Position numbers and translations under genes: made by a program | In this document: positions 1 to 9,118 of the stretch, piece by piece | How positions within the stretch are numbered: position 1 is the first letter of the stretch | Layout: each line of letters starts with the position of its first letter | Notes under the pieces: generated by a model | Database searches by the model: none | Seen by the model: only the letters and a program-made list of their open reading frames with translations | What the model was told of the DNA's origin: nothing | Virus record (IMG/VR): IMGVR_UViG_3300030433_001511 | Coordinates: 1-30,554 of that record | Reading direction: 5' to 3' (one strand) | Length of the DNA: 30,554 nt | DNA from: a virus | Taxonomy: Duplodnaviria; Caudoviricetes

Positions 1-106
1 GCATTTGCCTTAGTATGTAACAGTATGCTACTATTTAAGGATTTTACTGTTTCTTAAGAGTGTATATGTGCGCTTATCCAGACTAAATCTATACTTTTTT
101 GACTAT

Positions 107-1885
107 TTATGAACCTTCAAGAGCGGTCACACGCGCCAACAAATCGGCGTTCTGGGTTTCAAGCGCCTCAATCCTAGTCTGTGCTTCCTGCAAAGCCTTA
201 ACGGATTTCATATAGAGCACGGAGTAGTTGATTGATTTAATGGAATCCAGTTGGTTTCCATCTGCGTCTAAAACCGTTTCACCTTCTTTAACAGCAGACG
301 TTTCAACTAGCCCAGGAGAAATACTTTCAACTTCCTGAGCAATTAGTCCAATTTGAGTGTGCGTTTCATACCCAGTGTTTTCTCTAAAATTATATTTGCG
401 GATCTGCAATCCTTTGATATCATCCCACTGAGAAGTGGCATCAACAATATTTTCTTTTAGCCTTTGGTCCGAGAGAGACGAGTAAGAGTTATTAGTATTA
501 CTTACGTTACCATTGTTTGTTACCTTAAAGGCGAGAGTTCCAGCACCCATGCTCCCAGAGTTGTTGCGAGCATAGATAAACTCATATGTATTGCCAGCAG
601 ATCGGGTATTCGAAAGATCATAGTTAGTTGACGTTGAAAAATTTTGAGTACCACCGTCGCTTCTTAGCCGCCACGATTCGCTTAAGCTGCCTGAATTGTC
701 ACGGCAAACATAAAAGCTAATTCGTGTTGGTTTGTCATTATTAGCGTGGTTGGCGTCAACAACGGCAGCAATTCTGGCGCATTCTTGATAGCTACCGCCG
801 TCATTTCCGAACCAACCCAAAATTCCAAGGCTTTCACCGGTTGTAGCTGTACTGTCGTTTCTGCCAAGAATGATTCGTGGGGCTTCACTTGTGGCACGGA
901 TTTGAAGATTTGCACCAGAAGTTGTTGTAATTGGACCGTCGGTCCCCGTGTTAATCAATACCCGACCACTTGAATCTATACGAAGTCTTTCTACTTGACC
1001 TGAACTTGGATCTGTTTTAAAAATAAAGTTTTGATTATAACCAGAGGAAATATATGCATCTGCTTGGCTTGAACCAATATCAATTCCATAACCAGAGCTT
1101 TGATGAAATTCTGCAATTTTACCATCAGCATCACCACGACGAACATCCAATCTAGCAGTGGGAGATGCGGTTCCCAAACCCATATCACCACCAGAAGTTA
1201 TACGAAGTTTTTCCGCTGGTGAACCTGCAGATGCATCTAAACCAAAAGTAAGTGAATTTGTGTTATTTGGATGACTACCACAGTCTATAGCCCAACTATT
1301 TCCAAATGCATTCAGAGTGATACCTGCAGATGCAGAAGCATGATTATTATCGTTCTTTACTAATAAATGTGCTCGTCCATTCTTATCTTCTTGAACTATT
1401 GATCTAGAACTCCAATAATCAGAATTTCTCCCTAAAAGTAAATTACCACTAGAATTTATACGAAGTCTTTCTGATCCATTAACTTCAAACTGTAAACCAC
1501 CAGCACCTAATCCATTTACATTAGCAATATTAGAAGCACCAGAGAAAAATTCTATTCCAGAATTGTAACTTGTTGATCCTGATTTTAGTCTTAAGAAACT
1601 ATGAGCAGCAGATGCTTCAAGATAAGACCTTTGAGTTCCACTTGCTACATATGCGTGAATAGGACCAGATGGACTGACAGTTCCGATACCGATCAGACCA
1701 GCAGAAGTTATACGAAATCTTTCCGCAGCATTAGTTCCCAATGTCAATACATTGGCAGAAGGAGATGTAACACTCGCTCCTGTTCCTACAGTAATAAAGT
1801 TACTAGCCTTCAGTTCCGTTGCGGTAACCGTTACTGTAGTTCCACTGCCAATTGGTTGTATAGTATTGACGTTAAGGATACTCAT
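107..1885 (-). CDS. Tail fibre protein with C-terminal intramolecular chaperone (peptidase S74-like) domain
   Basis: 592 aa, G/S/T/N-rich; four ER(L/F)RI/EKLRI-G.VGIGT repeats; SLSDQRLKENI...GLIAQEVE...NYSVLY plus terminal coiled coil typical of S74 chaperones. Confidence 0.85.
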   Translation of the reverse strand: MSILNVNTIQPIGSGTTVTVTATELKASNFITVGTGASVTSPSANVLTLGTNAAERFRITSAGLIGIGTVSPSGPIHAYVASGTQRSYLEASAAHSFLRLKSGSTSYNSGIEFFSGASNIANVNGLGAGGLQFEVNGSERLRINSSGNLLLGRNSDYWSSRSIVQEDKNGRAHLLVKNDNNHASASAGITLNAFGNSWAIDCGSHPNNTNSLTFGLDASAGSPAEKLRITSGGDMGLGTASPTARLDVRRGDADGKIAEFHQSSGYGIDIGSSQADAYISSGYNQNFIFKTDPSSGQVERLRIDSSGRVLINTGTDGPITTTSGANLQIRATSEAPRIILGRNDSTATTGESLGILGWFGNDGGSYQECARIAAVVDANHANNDKPTRISFYVCRDNSGSLSESWRLRSDGGTQNFSTSTNYDLSNTRSAGNTYEFIYARNNSGSMGAGTLAFKVTNNGNVSNTNNSYSSLSDQRLKENIVDATSQWDDIKGLQIRKYNFRENTGYETHTQIGLIAQEVESISPGLVETSAVKEGETVLDADGNQLDSIKSINYSVLYMKSVKALQEAQTRIEALETQNADLLARVTALEGS

Positions 1886-1909
1886 TATCTACTTTTTATT
1901 TGTATTTAT
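1883..1909 (-). promoter_or_regulatory. T4-like late promoter plus leader cassette ATAAATACAAATAAAAAGTAGATAATG
   Basis: ATAAATA box (T4 late consensus TATAAATA) about 17 nt before ATG; identical 27-mer at four loci. Confidence 0.75.
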
Positions 1910-3222
1910 CCAATATAGAAGAGACTTATAGAAAGATCAAAATTTTGAGTTCTACTAGCATATGGATACCAAGTCATTCGTCCATCTATTGCATCATTTG
2001 CACTTAAATTTAAGTAAAACTGTTCAGTAAAAGAGTAGTGAGTATTGCTTGAAGGACAAGCCGCAACAGAATGCCAGTGAGAACTGATAACACCTGAAGC
2101 AGTACCATTAACTCTTGGTACAATACTAATTGCTCTGATACTGTAAGAAGAATTACTTATCATACTCTCCATTCTCATAAAACAACGATACATTCCAGTT
2201 TTTGGAACAATAAGGTTGCCTGAAGAGATAGTATATCCACCACGATTGAAACTGAAAGTATCTACACCCAATTCATGGGTACTACCATCACCACCAGTTA
2301 CACTTTGAGCGTTTTTATATGCCAGACACTCTGCATGATTAAAAGTCTGGATAACTCCATCAGAGTGAATACGCATTCTCTCCGTTCCAACTGTTCCACT
2401 TGATGGTGTTGCAAAAACAAGATCGGCACCACTACCAGAGTTAGCGCCACCAATCTTATTCTCAATATAACAAGTAGCAGCACCTGTCTTAAATTCCAAT
2501 CTACTTGCAGAACCTTGATTTCCGCCACCATTATGTAATTTTAAAAGAGTTACTGGAGTATTATATGGATCTGCATTATTTTTTGTCAGGTGTAATAGTG
2601 TATCTGGATTATTTTGACCGATGCCAACATTACCACTTGATGTGATACGAAGTCTTTCTGTACCTGCTGTTCTAAAAACTTGTATACCAGAAGCACCACA
2701 AGTAAAGTAATTATCTTTGTTTGTACCATGTCCTATATGAAGAATATTAGAACCATCAACTTTAAGATTAAAAATACCATCTGCACCGTTTGGAATGTGA
2801 TTGATTCCTATTCTACCACTTGAATCTATGCGAAGTCTTTCTGTTGTTCCTGAACCACCTTCGGTGAAGAAGGTCATATACTTGGTATTATTACTTCCAC
2901 TTCCGTCTTGTGCCCTTAAACTAACTTCACCATCCGAATCATCTTGATGAATTGCAAAGTGTGTGTTATTAGATTTAACCAATAAATTATCTTGGTCATC
3001 TAGTCCAGTAATTTGAACTGCTCCACTAGATGTTATACGAAGTCTTTCTTCATCATTCGTTCCAAATGTCAGTGTATTTGAAGCTGGAGAAAATATAGAA
3101 CTTCCTGTCCCTAAAACAAAGTTGACACTATCAGTAAATGTTACTGTTCCGTTTGCCGTGCCAATTGCTACATTCGTTCCAGTAGAAGGTACAATTGTAT
3201 TTACTCTTAAACTACTAGACAT
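1906..3222 (-). CDS. Tail fibre protein with probable C1q/TNF-like C-terminal head
   Basis: 438 aa; ERLRI repeats; C-terminal LIVPKTGMYR...LNLSANDAI pattern resembling a C1q-like jelly roll. Confidence 0.7.
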   Translation of the reverse strand: MSSSLRVNTIVPSTGTNVAIGTANGTVTFTDSVNFVLGTGSSIFSPASNTLTFGTNDEERLRITSSGAVQITGLDDQDNLLVKSNNTHFAIHQDDSDGEVSLRAQDGSGSNNTKYMTFFTEGGSGTTERLRIDSSGRIGINHIPNGADGIFNLKVDGSNILHIGHGTNKDNYFTCGASGIQVFRTAGTERLRITSSGNVGIGQNNPDTLLHLTKNNADPYNTPVTLLKLHNGGGNQGSASRLEFKTGAATCYIENKIGGANSGSGADLVFATPSSGTVGTERMRIHSDGVIQTFNHAECLAYKNAQSVTGGDGSTHELGVDTFSFNRGGYTISSGNLIVPKTGMYRCFMRMESMISNSSYSIRAISIVPRVNGTASGVISSHWHSVAACPSSNTHYSFTEQFYLNLSANDAIDGRMTWYPYASRTQNFDLSISLFYIG

Positions 3223-3272
3223 ATCAATCTTTTATTTGTATTTATGTTTAAGGTTGGGGGTGATATTTATCA

Positions 3273-4610
3273 CTAACTAATGAAGTAGAATCCATTAAAT
3301 CTTATACTTAAATTGGTGGTTTCAGCTACACTAGCAGTACTAAAGGTATTATAGTTATTACCACTTGTTGCGGTTTGATAATATAATTGTATTAAAGAAA
3401 CTCCAGGTTGCATCTGACCCGTAAGAGTATTGATAGCGTTTGCACCATCTACACCCTGAATACAGAAACTACCACTGATAGCCTGCTGATATCCACCGCT
3501 ATTTCTTGCTGCATATGGCAGTCCATGTACCCACATAGTTGATCCAGAACCGTTCCAATTTGAAGTTGCTAATTCAAAATCAAAATAAACAGTATTTCCT
3601 ACTTTTGTGTAATGTCCTGTTTGTGAAGCATAACTAGGAGAGGGTGAAGAATATGATGAATTACTGTCTCCCCATGATGGAGTAAAAGTGCCCTCCTCAT
3701 AATCGTCCAGGAGTTCAGAAGACATTGTTCCTGAACCATTACCAGTCGCAGAGAAGTCAATACCATGACCATTCGCTACGACCAGGTTTCCATCTAAGAT
3801 TGTTAAATGACCATTGCTATCTATTCTTACATCATCTTCAATACTTCCACTAGCATTCCCACTGCTAACACCAAAAGATAAAATTTTACTGTTCTGAGTG
3901 TTTAGATGAACAATACCTGTGCTATTATTTCTGATAGAAAAAGAAGCATTTGATTGTTTTTGTAAAGCAAAAATATAATCACCAGCAGCATTAACTCTTA
4001 GTTGATTCCCATTCGCAGGGTCAGTTACACCATCACCAATATCAAGTCTGTAGGATGGAACTGCGGTTGCAATACCGACCAGACCGGCAGAAGTTATACG
4101 AAGTCTTTCTGTAGGTTCACTATCGGTAGTATTTGGTCTTGTAGCAAATAGTAAATCTGTTTGTTGAGCACCACCTGCCGCAACAGTTTCAACACCAATA
4201 AATGAAGATGGTTTTTCTCCATAATCTAAACTTTGAGCATAATGGAAACCAATACCACCTCTTTCTCCTACTCCACTTGGTCCATTAAGTCTTAATAACT
4301 GGCATTGAGAGAAGGTGCTTGAATTTGTATTATTAACAATAGTAAGTTTTGGAGGAACCGATCCCAGATTAGTTGCAGTTCCCAGAATCATTTGACCAGC
4401 AGAATTTATGCGAAGTCTTTCTGCACTATTGGTGCTCAGAGTAATTTCATTCGCAGAAGGTGCCGCAATAGTAGAACCCGTTCCTAACCTGATACCAGAA
4501 CTACTTACAAGAACAGAAGAATCATTCTGCAGGTTGATATTGCTGGCAAAAGTAACCGATGATATACCGGTGTCTGCTTCAATTGTATTGACAATAATCT
4601 TACTGGTCAT
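3273..4610 (-). CDS. Tail fibre protein with LDDYEEG-type tip domain
   Basis: Start moved to MTSKIIVNTIE (ATGA overlap with upstream stop), 445 aa; ERLRI repeats; LLDDYEEGTFTP...GHYTKVGNTVY...GLPY tip motif. Confidence 0.75.
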   Translation of the reverse strand: MTSKIIVNTIEADTGISSVTFASNINLQNDSSVLVSSSGIRLGTGSTIAAPSANEITLSTNSAERLRINSAGQMILGTATNLGSVPPKLTIVNNTNSSTFSQCQLLRLNGPSGVGERGGIGFHYAQSLDYGEKPSSFIGVETVAAGGAQQTDLLFATRPNTTDSEPTERLRITSAGLVGIATAVPSYRLDIGDGVTDPANGNQLRVNAAGDYIFALQKQSNASFSIRNNSTGIVHLNTQNSKILSFGVSSGNASGSIEDDVRIDSNGHLTILDGNLVVANGHGIDFSATGNGSGTMSSELLDDYEEGTFTPSWGDSNSSYSSPSPSYASQTGHYTKVGNTVYFDFELATSNWNGSGSTMWVHGLPYAARNSGGYQQAISGSFCIQGVDGANAINTLTGQMQPGVSLIQLYYQTATSGNNYNTFSTASVAETTNLSIRFNGFYFIS

Positions 4611-4846
4611 ACTATCCTCCACTCTCCTCTAATAGTCACCACGTTACTTCCGGTGACGGTTAATGTTCCGGCACTTACCGCGTTTGTGCCTGCGGGTATT
4701 GTTACGTTTTCGTCTATGGTTTTCTTATTAGTCTTGATCACACCATAGCGATCCATCCACTGTCGAGCACCATTGGCAGCAATGGTATCTTTAAATTCTG
4801 TAGTTGCTGCTCTAGAATCAGCAGTATTAAAAATCAGTTTAGTCAT
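4607..4846 (-). CDS. Small fibre-associated/adaptor protein (79 aa), paralog of 4843-5082
   Basis: Start moved to MTKLIF (ATGA overlap); colinear with neighbour (TEFKDTI.ANG..QW.D.YGVIKTN); ends NAVSAG...EWRIV. Confidence 0.7.
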   Translation of the reverse strand: MTKLIFNTADSRAATTEFKDTIAANGARQWMDRYGVIKTNKKTIDENVTIPAGTNAVSAGTLTVTGSNVVTIRGEWRIV

Positions 4847-5082
4847 ACGATAGACCAATCTCCATTAACAGTGACAGAATAACCACTAGCAATAGTGATT
4901 GGTCCAGCAGATAAACCATTCGTATCAGAAGGAATAGTTACGTCTTCGGCAATGGTGGTGCGATTTGTTTTAATAACACCATAAGAATCCACCCACTGCT
5001 TATCACCATTGGCAGTAATAGTATCCTTAAACTCCGTTGCCGTAGTCGTAGAATCAATAATATTTGCCTTTATGGTGGACAT
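4843..5082 (-). CDS. Small fibre-associated/adaptor protein (79 aa)
   Basis: Late-promoter cassette upstream; ends NGLSAGPIT...DWSIV. Confidence 0.7.
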   Translation of the reverse strand: MSTIKANIIDSTTTATEFKDTITANGDKQWVDSYGVIKTNRTTIAEDVTIPSDTNGLSAGPITIASGYSVTVNGDWSIV

Positions 5083-5084
5083 AG

Positions 5085-5108
5085 TATCTACTTTTTATTT
5101 GTATTTAT
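5085..5108 (-). promoter_or_regulatory. T4-like late promoter cassette (24-nt copy)
   Basis: ATAAATACAAATAAAAAGTAGATA upstream of ATG at 5082. Confidence 0.7.
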
Positions 5109-6613
5109 GAGTTGGTTGTATAGGAACCACAGAACTGAATAACCAGGTGTGTTTGACTACTGCTAATATTTACATTATTTTTATTCTTAAGGTAATCATT
5201 ATCACCATCATCTTTGTAAATATAAACTTGAGCATGATTTTGTCTAAATGTAACTGCCATGTTTCTATAAGTATCATCAATAGTTCTTGTTCCTGTTATT
5301 GAAAATCCACCAGCTTGATTGGGAACATATGGTAAGGTTGCAATCTGACTAGTATTCTCATTATTTCTAAGTTCTACAGTAACACCAGTGCTGCTTCCAG
5401 TGTTTGCAGTATAAAGATATCCACTCACATAAACTCTGTTACCAATTTTAGTATATCTAACACTTGTGTCACTATTATTAGAACCTGATCCAATAGAATT
5501 ACTTCTTTGTAGTCTCCAACCAATTGTTCCCTCTTCATAATCGTCGAGAGCGTTTGCAGCAGCTGTGTCACCGTTGAAGGTTATACCACCTGTATTAAGG
5601 ATACGCATCCTTTCTGCACCCGCAGTACCAAATCTAAGTTGATCAGTAGTATGGTTATATCTAATAAATCCTCTGTAAGTAGCATCACCAGAAGTTCCAT
5701 CAGCATAATAAAGATTACCATCACCATTGGTAGCAGAAACAATTGATAACCCACAAGTTCCACTAGTATTAGCAACTGCCAGTTTCACACTACCACCATA
5801 TGAGTTTGGATCAACTGTTCCTAAACCCATCTGACCAGCAGAAGTTATAGTAAGTTTATCTCCAGTTACAAGACTATTACCGTCAGGAGTTCCATATCCA
5901 ATATCAAGTTCTCCACCATTTCTTGCAGAAATTGCCCAATAATCAGTTGTCGAGTCATTTATATTCTGCATGAGCAGATGACTAAACCTATTAACTCTTA
6001 GTCTTCCTTCACTTTGTACAATATCTACACCATTTAGTGGATTTTCGGTTCCGATACCGACATTGCCATTATGATCTATACGAAGTCTTTCTGATCCTGT
6101 TGCACTTATATTATTACCAGTGCCAAAGACTAAAGCTGATCCGCTTCCAGAAGTATTACTTTCTACATGAATGTTTGCTGCACCCTTGTCTACACCCCCA
6201 CTTGATTCTCTAACAAAAAAGATTCCAGAATGATTACCGTTTCCTGAATTTTGAAGTTCTAGGATTGCATCACCACCATTTTTTTGTAAATGTAATACAT
6301 TACCAGGATTATCAGTTCCAATACCAACATCACCACTAAACGTAGAGTCACCACTAACAGTTAAGTTTGTTGGTTCAATGGTTCCTACAAATTTTGTTGC
6401 AGTAATAATACCAGTGACTACAACATTACTATTCTGATCAAATTTTATATTACCTGCAGTCGTGTTGATACCAATGGTTGTGATACCAGAAGTCTTTCCA
6501 TCAATGTGAACAAGAATATCACCATTGGAGTTTGTTAGTTTTATCTTTTCATCTACTGTTGGGCTTGAGGGATCTGCCTTTGCCTCAATGTTAGTAATAC
6601 GGAGAGTACTCAT
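5105..6613 (-). CDS. Tail fibre protein with LDDYEEG-type tip domain
   Basis: 502 aa; VGIGT.NP and ERLRI/ERMRI repeats; NALDDYEEG...RYTKIGNRVY. Confidence 0.75.
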   Translation of the reverse strand: MSTLRITNIEAKADPSSPTVDEKIKLTNSNGDILVHIDGKTSGITTIGINTTAGNIKFDQNSNVVVTGIITATKFVGTIEPTNLTVSGDSTFSGDVGIGTDNPGNVLHLQKNGGDAILELQNSGNGNHSGIFFVRESSGGVDKGAANIHVESNTSGSGSALVFGTGNNISATGSERLRIDHNGNVGIGTENPLNGVDIVQSEGRLRVNRFSHLLMQNINDSTTDYWAISARNGGELDIGYGTPDGNSLVTGDKLTITSAGQMGLGTVDPNSYGGSVKLAVANTSGTCGLSIVSATNGDGNLYYADGTSGDATYRGFIRYNHTTDQLRFGTAGAERMRILNTGGITFNGDTAAANALDDYEEGTIGWRLQRSNSIGSGSNNSDTSVRYTKIGNRVYVSGYLYTANTGSSTGVTVELRNNENTSQIATLPYVPNQAGGFSITGTRTIDDTYRNMAVTFRQNHAQVYIYKDDGDNDYLKNKNNVNISSSQTHLVIQFCGSYTTNS

Positions 6614-6638
6614 TCCCTTATAATGACCTTTTTAGTAT

Positions 6639-8171
6639 TTAGACTACGACCAGTGTGGATCCTTGTGCAACATCAATTGTAGCACCAGCAGCAACTGTGG
6701 TAGGACCAATTAGAAGTGCATTCTTACCAGAAGGAACCGATATGGTTGTATTGACATTTTGATCGATGATTAAAGCACCGTCTGTAATTGCGATATTACC
6801 GACTGCCTGGACGGCACCTTCTGATGTTGCGGTTCCGGCAATGGTAGTTGTATTGACACCGACAATCTTATCAGTGTGAACACCAACAGTATTGGAACCC
6901 CATGTTCCACCGGCACCAGCACTACCACTACCACCCTGAATACTAATGTCTACTGTGGTTCCACTGACTGCAAAAGTATTGCCAGTTCCAATGAAGTTTA
7001 ACTGAGTGATACCTGCACCGATGACAGTACCACCAGACTGGATACCAACTGCCGTTACAAAGTTAGTGCTGACTCCTGTGAGTGATGTACCTGCACCATC
7101 AAAGGTGGTGGCACTAACGGTTCCTGTGGCAATAATACCACTACGTGCGGTGATAACACCGATAGCATCAATGTTCGTGACATCATCGTATGTCAGTGTT
7201 CCTCCAATAGTTACGTTACCACTGAAGGTCGCATCCGCAAACGTCAGTCCAGTACCAACAACGTTTCTTACCGTAATGTCATCACTATTGGTAAGAGTAA
7301 CGTGACCTGTCTTTCCAAAAACAGAACTTACAGGAGCATTATCATTTCTTCCGGCAAAACCAATATGCCTTACTTGAATCTCCACACCATTACCAGGTGC
7401 AGACACAAAGGTTATCGTGTTACCAGATGTATCATATGCTCTGGTTGTTGATGTATCAGAAGGATATTGAACAACACCATCCAATGTAACAAGAATATTC
7501 CTATTATCAACAGGAATCTTGGACATAGTAAAAGCAGTCGTGCTGCCATTACCAGTGAAGTTATCTACATCATTATCAGATACTTCAAAGGATACTGCAT
7601 TACTTGCAGTGATATTACCAAAGATCGTATCAGTGGTAACAGGTGCAGTAGAGAATACAACTACAGAGTCAGCATCAATACCAAAACCAGTAGAAGGTGA
7701 TGCAGTCTGATGTGGTTGCTGAACAACACCGTTGACAGAGATCATCAACTGTGCGGCACGAGTTACATTACCGTGTCTACCACCATCATGTGTTACTTTG
7801 AATTTAGTATTAACACCATCAAAGGCAACATTGAGAGTGTGGGCATTACCAACACCAACACCCGTAAGATTGATTGCCGTTCCAGATGCTGCGTTATTAG
7901 CAGTGGATGCTAGTTTGATATTATTTCTATCGTGCTTGATGATGTAATATACACCGTCAGAAAGACCACCAATTGCAGTTCCACCACCATCATTATAAGT
8001 TACTCTTTGTCCTGTGACGAACCTATGATCATTGATAGTAATCGTATCTACAGAAACATTAACAATCGTCGCAGACGCACCATCAAACGTTGAGGTGTGT
8101 GATGCAAAACTGTCTAGAATCCTAAACGTATTATTATCACCAGCAGCAGGTCTATTACCGAGATAACTCAT
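6639..8171 (-). CDS. Virion structural / fibre-base protein
   Basis: 510 aa; MSYLGN.P start; FTGNGSTTAF...VTLDGVVQ.P repeat; TLTYDDVTNID module; ends NALLIGP...LVVV. Confidence 0.7.
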   Translation of the reverse strand: MSYLGNRPAAGDNNTFRILDSFASHTSTFDGASATIVNVSVDTITINDHRFVTGQRVTYNDGGGTAIGGLSDGVYYIIKHDRNNIKLASTANNAASGTAINLTGVGVGNAHTLNVAFDGVNTKFKVTHDGGRHGNVTRAAQLMISVNGVVQQPHQTASPSTGFGIDADSVVVFSTAPVTTDTIFGNITASNAVSFEVSDNDVDNFTGNGSTTAFTMSKIPVDNRNILVTLDGVVQYPSDTSTTRAYDTSGNTITFVSAPGNGVEIQVRHIGFAGRNDNAPVSSVFGKTGHVTLTNSDDITVRNVVGTGLTFADATFSGNVTIGGTLTYDDVTNIDAIGVITARSGIIATGTVSATTFDGAGTSLTGVSTNFVTAVGIQSGGTVIGAGITQLNFIGTGNTFAVSGTTVDISIQGGSGSAGAGGTWGSNTVGVHTDKIVGVNTTTIAGTATSEGAVQAVGNIAITDGALIIDQNVNTTISVPSGKNALLIGPTTVAAGATIDVAQGSTLVVV

Positions 8172-8190
8172 GAGAGCATTTTATTTGTAT

Positions 8191-8601
8191 TTATGAACTC
8201 GGTTTGGGGAACTGATTTTTTACACTTGTTATACCCACATACCAATCACCGGTTTTAGCAGTTTCACCAAATTTTCCTGCTTCAATATCATGATATAGTT
8301 GATCTAACTGCTCTCCAATATCAGGATATCCCCAGTTTCCTCTACCTGTAGAAGCAATACCGACTCTAGTTCTCTGATATTGATTCGATACCCACTTATT
8401 ATATACTTCTTCAATCTTTGCTTTTAGTTCTTCTTCAGAACATAAAGTATAATTTTGTAAATCAATTGCTGAATAGTCAAAATGATTTCGATCATTGAAA
8501 TCAATATTTACTTGTGGATCTCCATACAATTCAATTAATGCATCAACAGTAAAACGAAGTGCATCAATTCCTAAGTCGGGTGCGTTACTATCAAATGCCA
8601 T
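8191..8601 (-). CDS. Putative tail-fibre-associated chaperone-like protein
   Basis: 136 aa, acidic/helical; YQRTR...YPDIGEQLDQLYHDI...W...VK..PKP pattern; directly follows a short tip gene. Confidence 0.55.
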   Translation of the reverse strand: MAFDSNAPDLGIDALRFTVDALIELYGDPQVNIDFNDRNHFDYSAIDLQNYTLCSEEELKAKIEEVYNKWVSNQYQRTRVGIASTGRGNWGYPDIGEQLDQLYHDIEAGKFGETAKTGDWYVGITSVKNQFPKPSS

Positions 8602-8602
8602 C

Positions 8603-9118
8603 TTAATCTCCTAACTCTAATACTAAAAGTGAACTTCTTGAGGTGTTTGTGTTATAACCACTATCACTTCCTCTTGGTCGATTCAAATATAAACCATTAA
8701 CGTTTTCACAAGAAAACCTCACTCTATATCCTGAGTTTGTAGATGGAAAGTCAAATTCATATATTGCAGTCCATTGACAAGTTTGTTTATCTTCAACTGT
8801 GCTAGATCTTGCTATTGACCAGTCACCAAATGAACCACGATAATTACCACTACCACCAGGACCCGTAGCACCTCTCATCTCATCTCTAGCTTGCCATGAT
8901 CCATTATTATAATATTCAATATATCCTGATGCGTCATCGTTTGCAGCACCATTAATAGTTGCAAATACAATATGTTTACTCGCTGTGGTGTGAGTAGTGA
9001 AAGTCAGTGATAAAAAAACAGCACCACCCTGCGATGTAGTGAAATGAAATCCAGTATCTGATGTATAGTGAGTATTTAAAACAGCGTGTGTTTTAGTGCT
9101 GCCATGATATAATGCCAT
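8603..9118 (-). CDS. Short fibre tip / receptor-binding-like beta-sandwich protein
   Basis: 171 aa; TAATG coupling to 9118-10590; ends SSLLVLELG like the 12390/12872/13795 paralog family. Confidence 0.55.
   Translation of the reverse strand: MALYHGSTKTHAVLNTHYTSDTGFHFTTSQGGAVFLSLTFTTHTTASKHIVFATINGAANDDASGYIEYYNNGSWQARDEMRGATGPGGSGNYRGSFGDWSIARSSTVEDKQTCQWTAIYEFDFPSTNSGYRVRFSCENVNGLYLNRPRGSDSGYNTNTSRSSLLVLELGD

Noticed and set aside
17-31. NtcA box
   Set aside because: Spacing is GTA-N9-TAC, not GTA-N8-TAC
1194-1213. True loxP site or vector contamination
   Set aside because: Only a partial single arm with no 8-bp spacer or inverted arm; embedded in continuous phage ORFs
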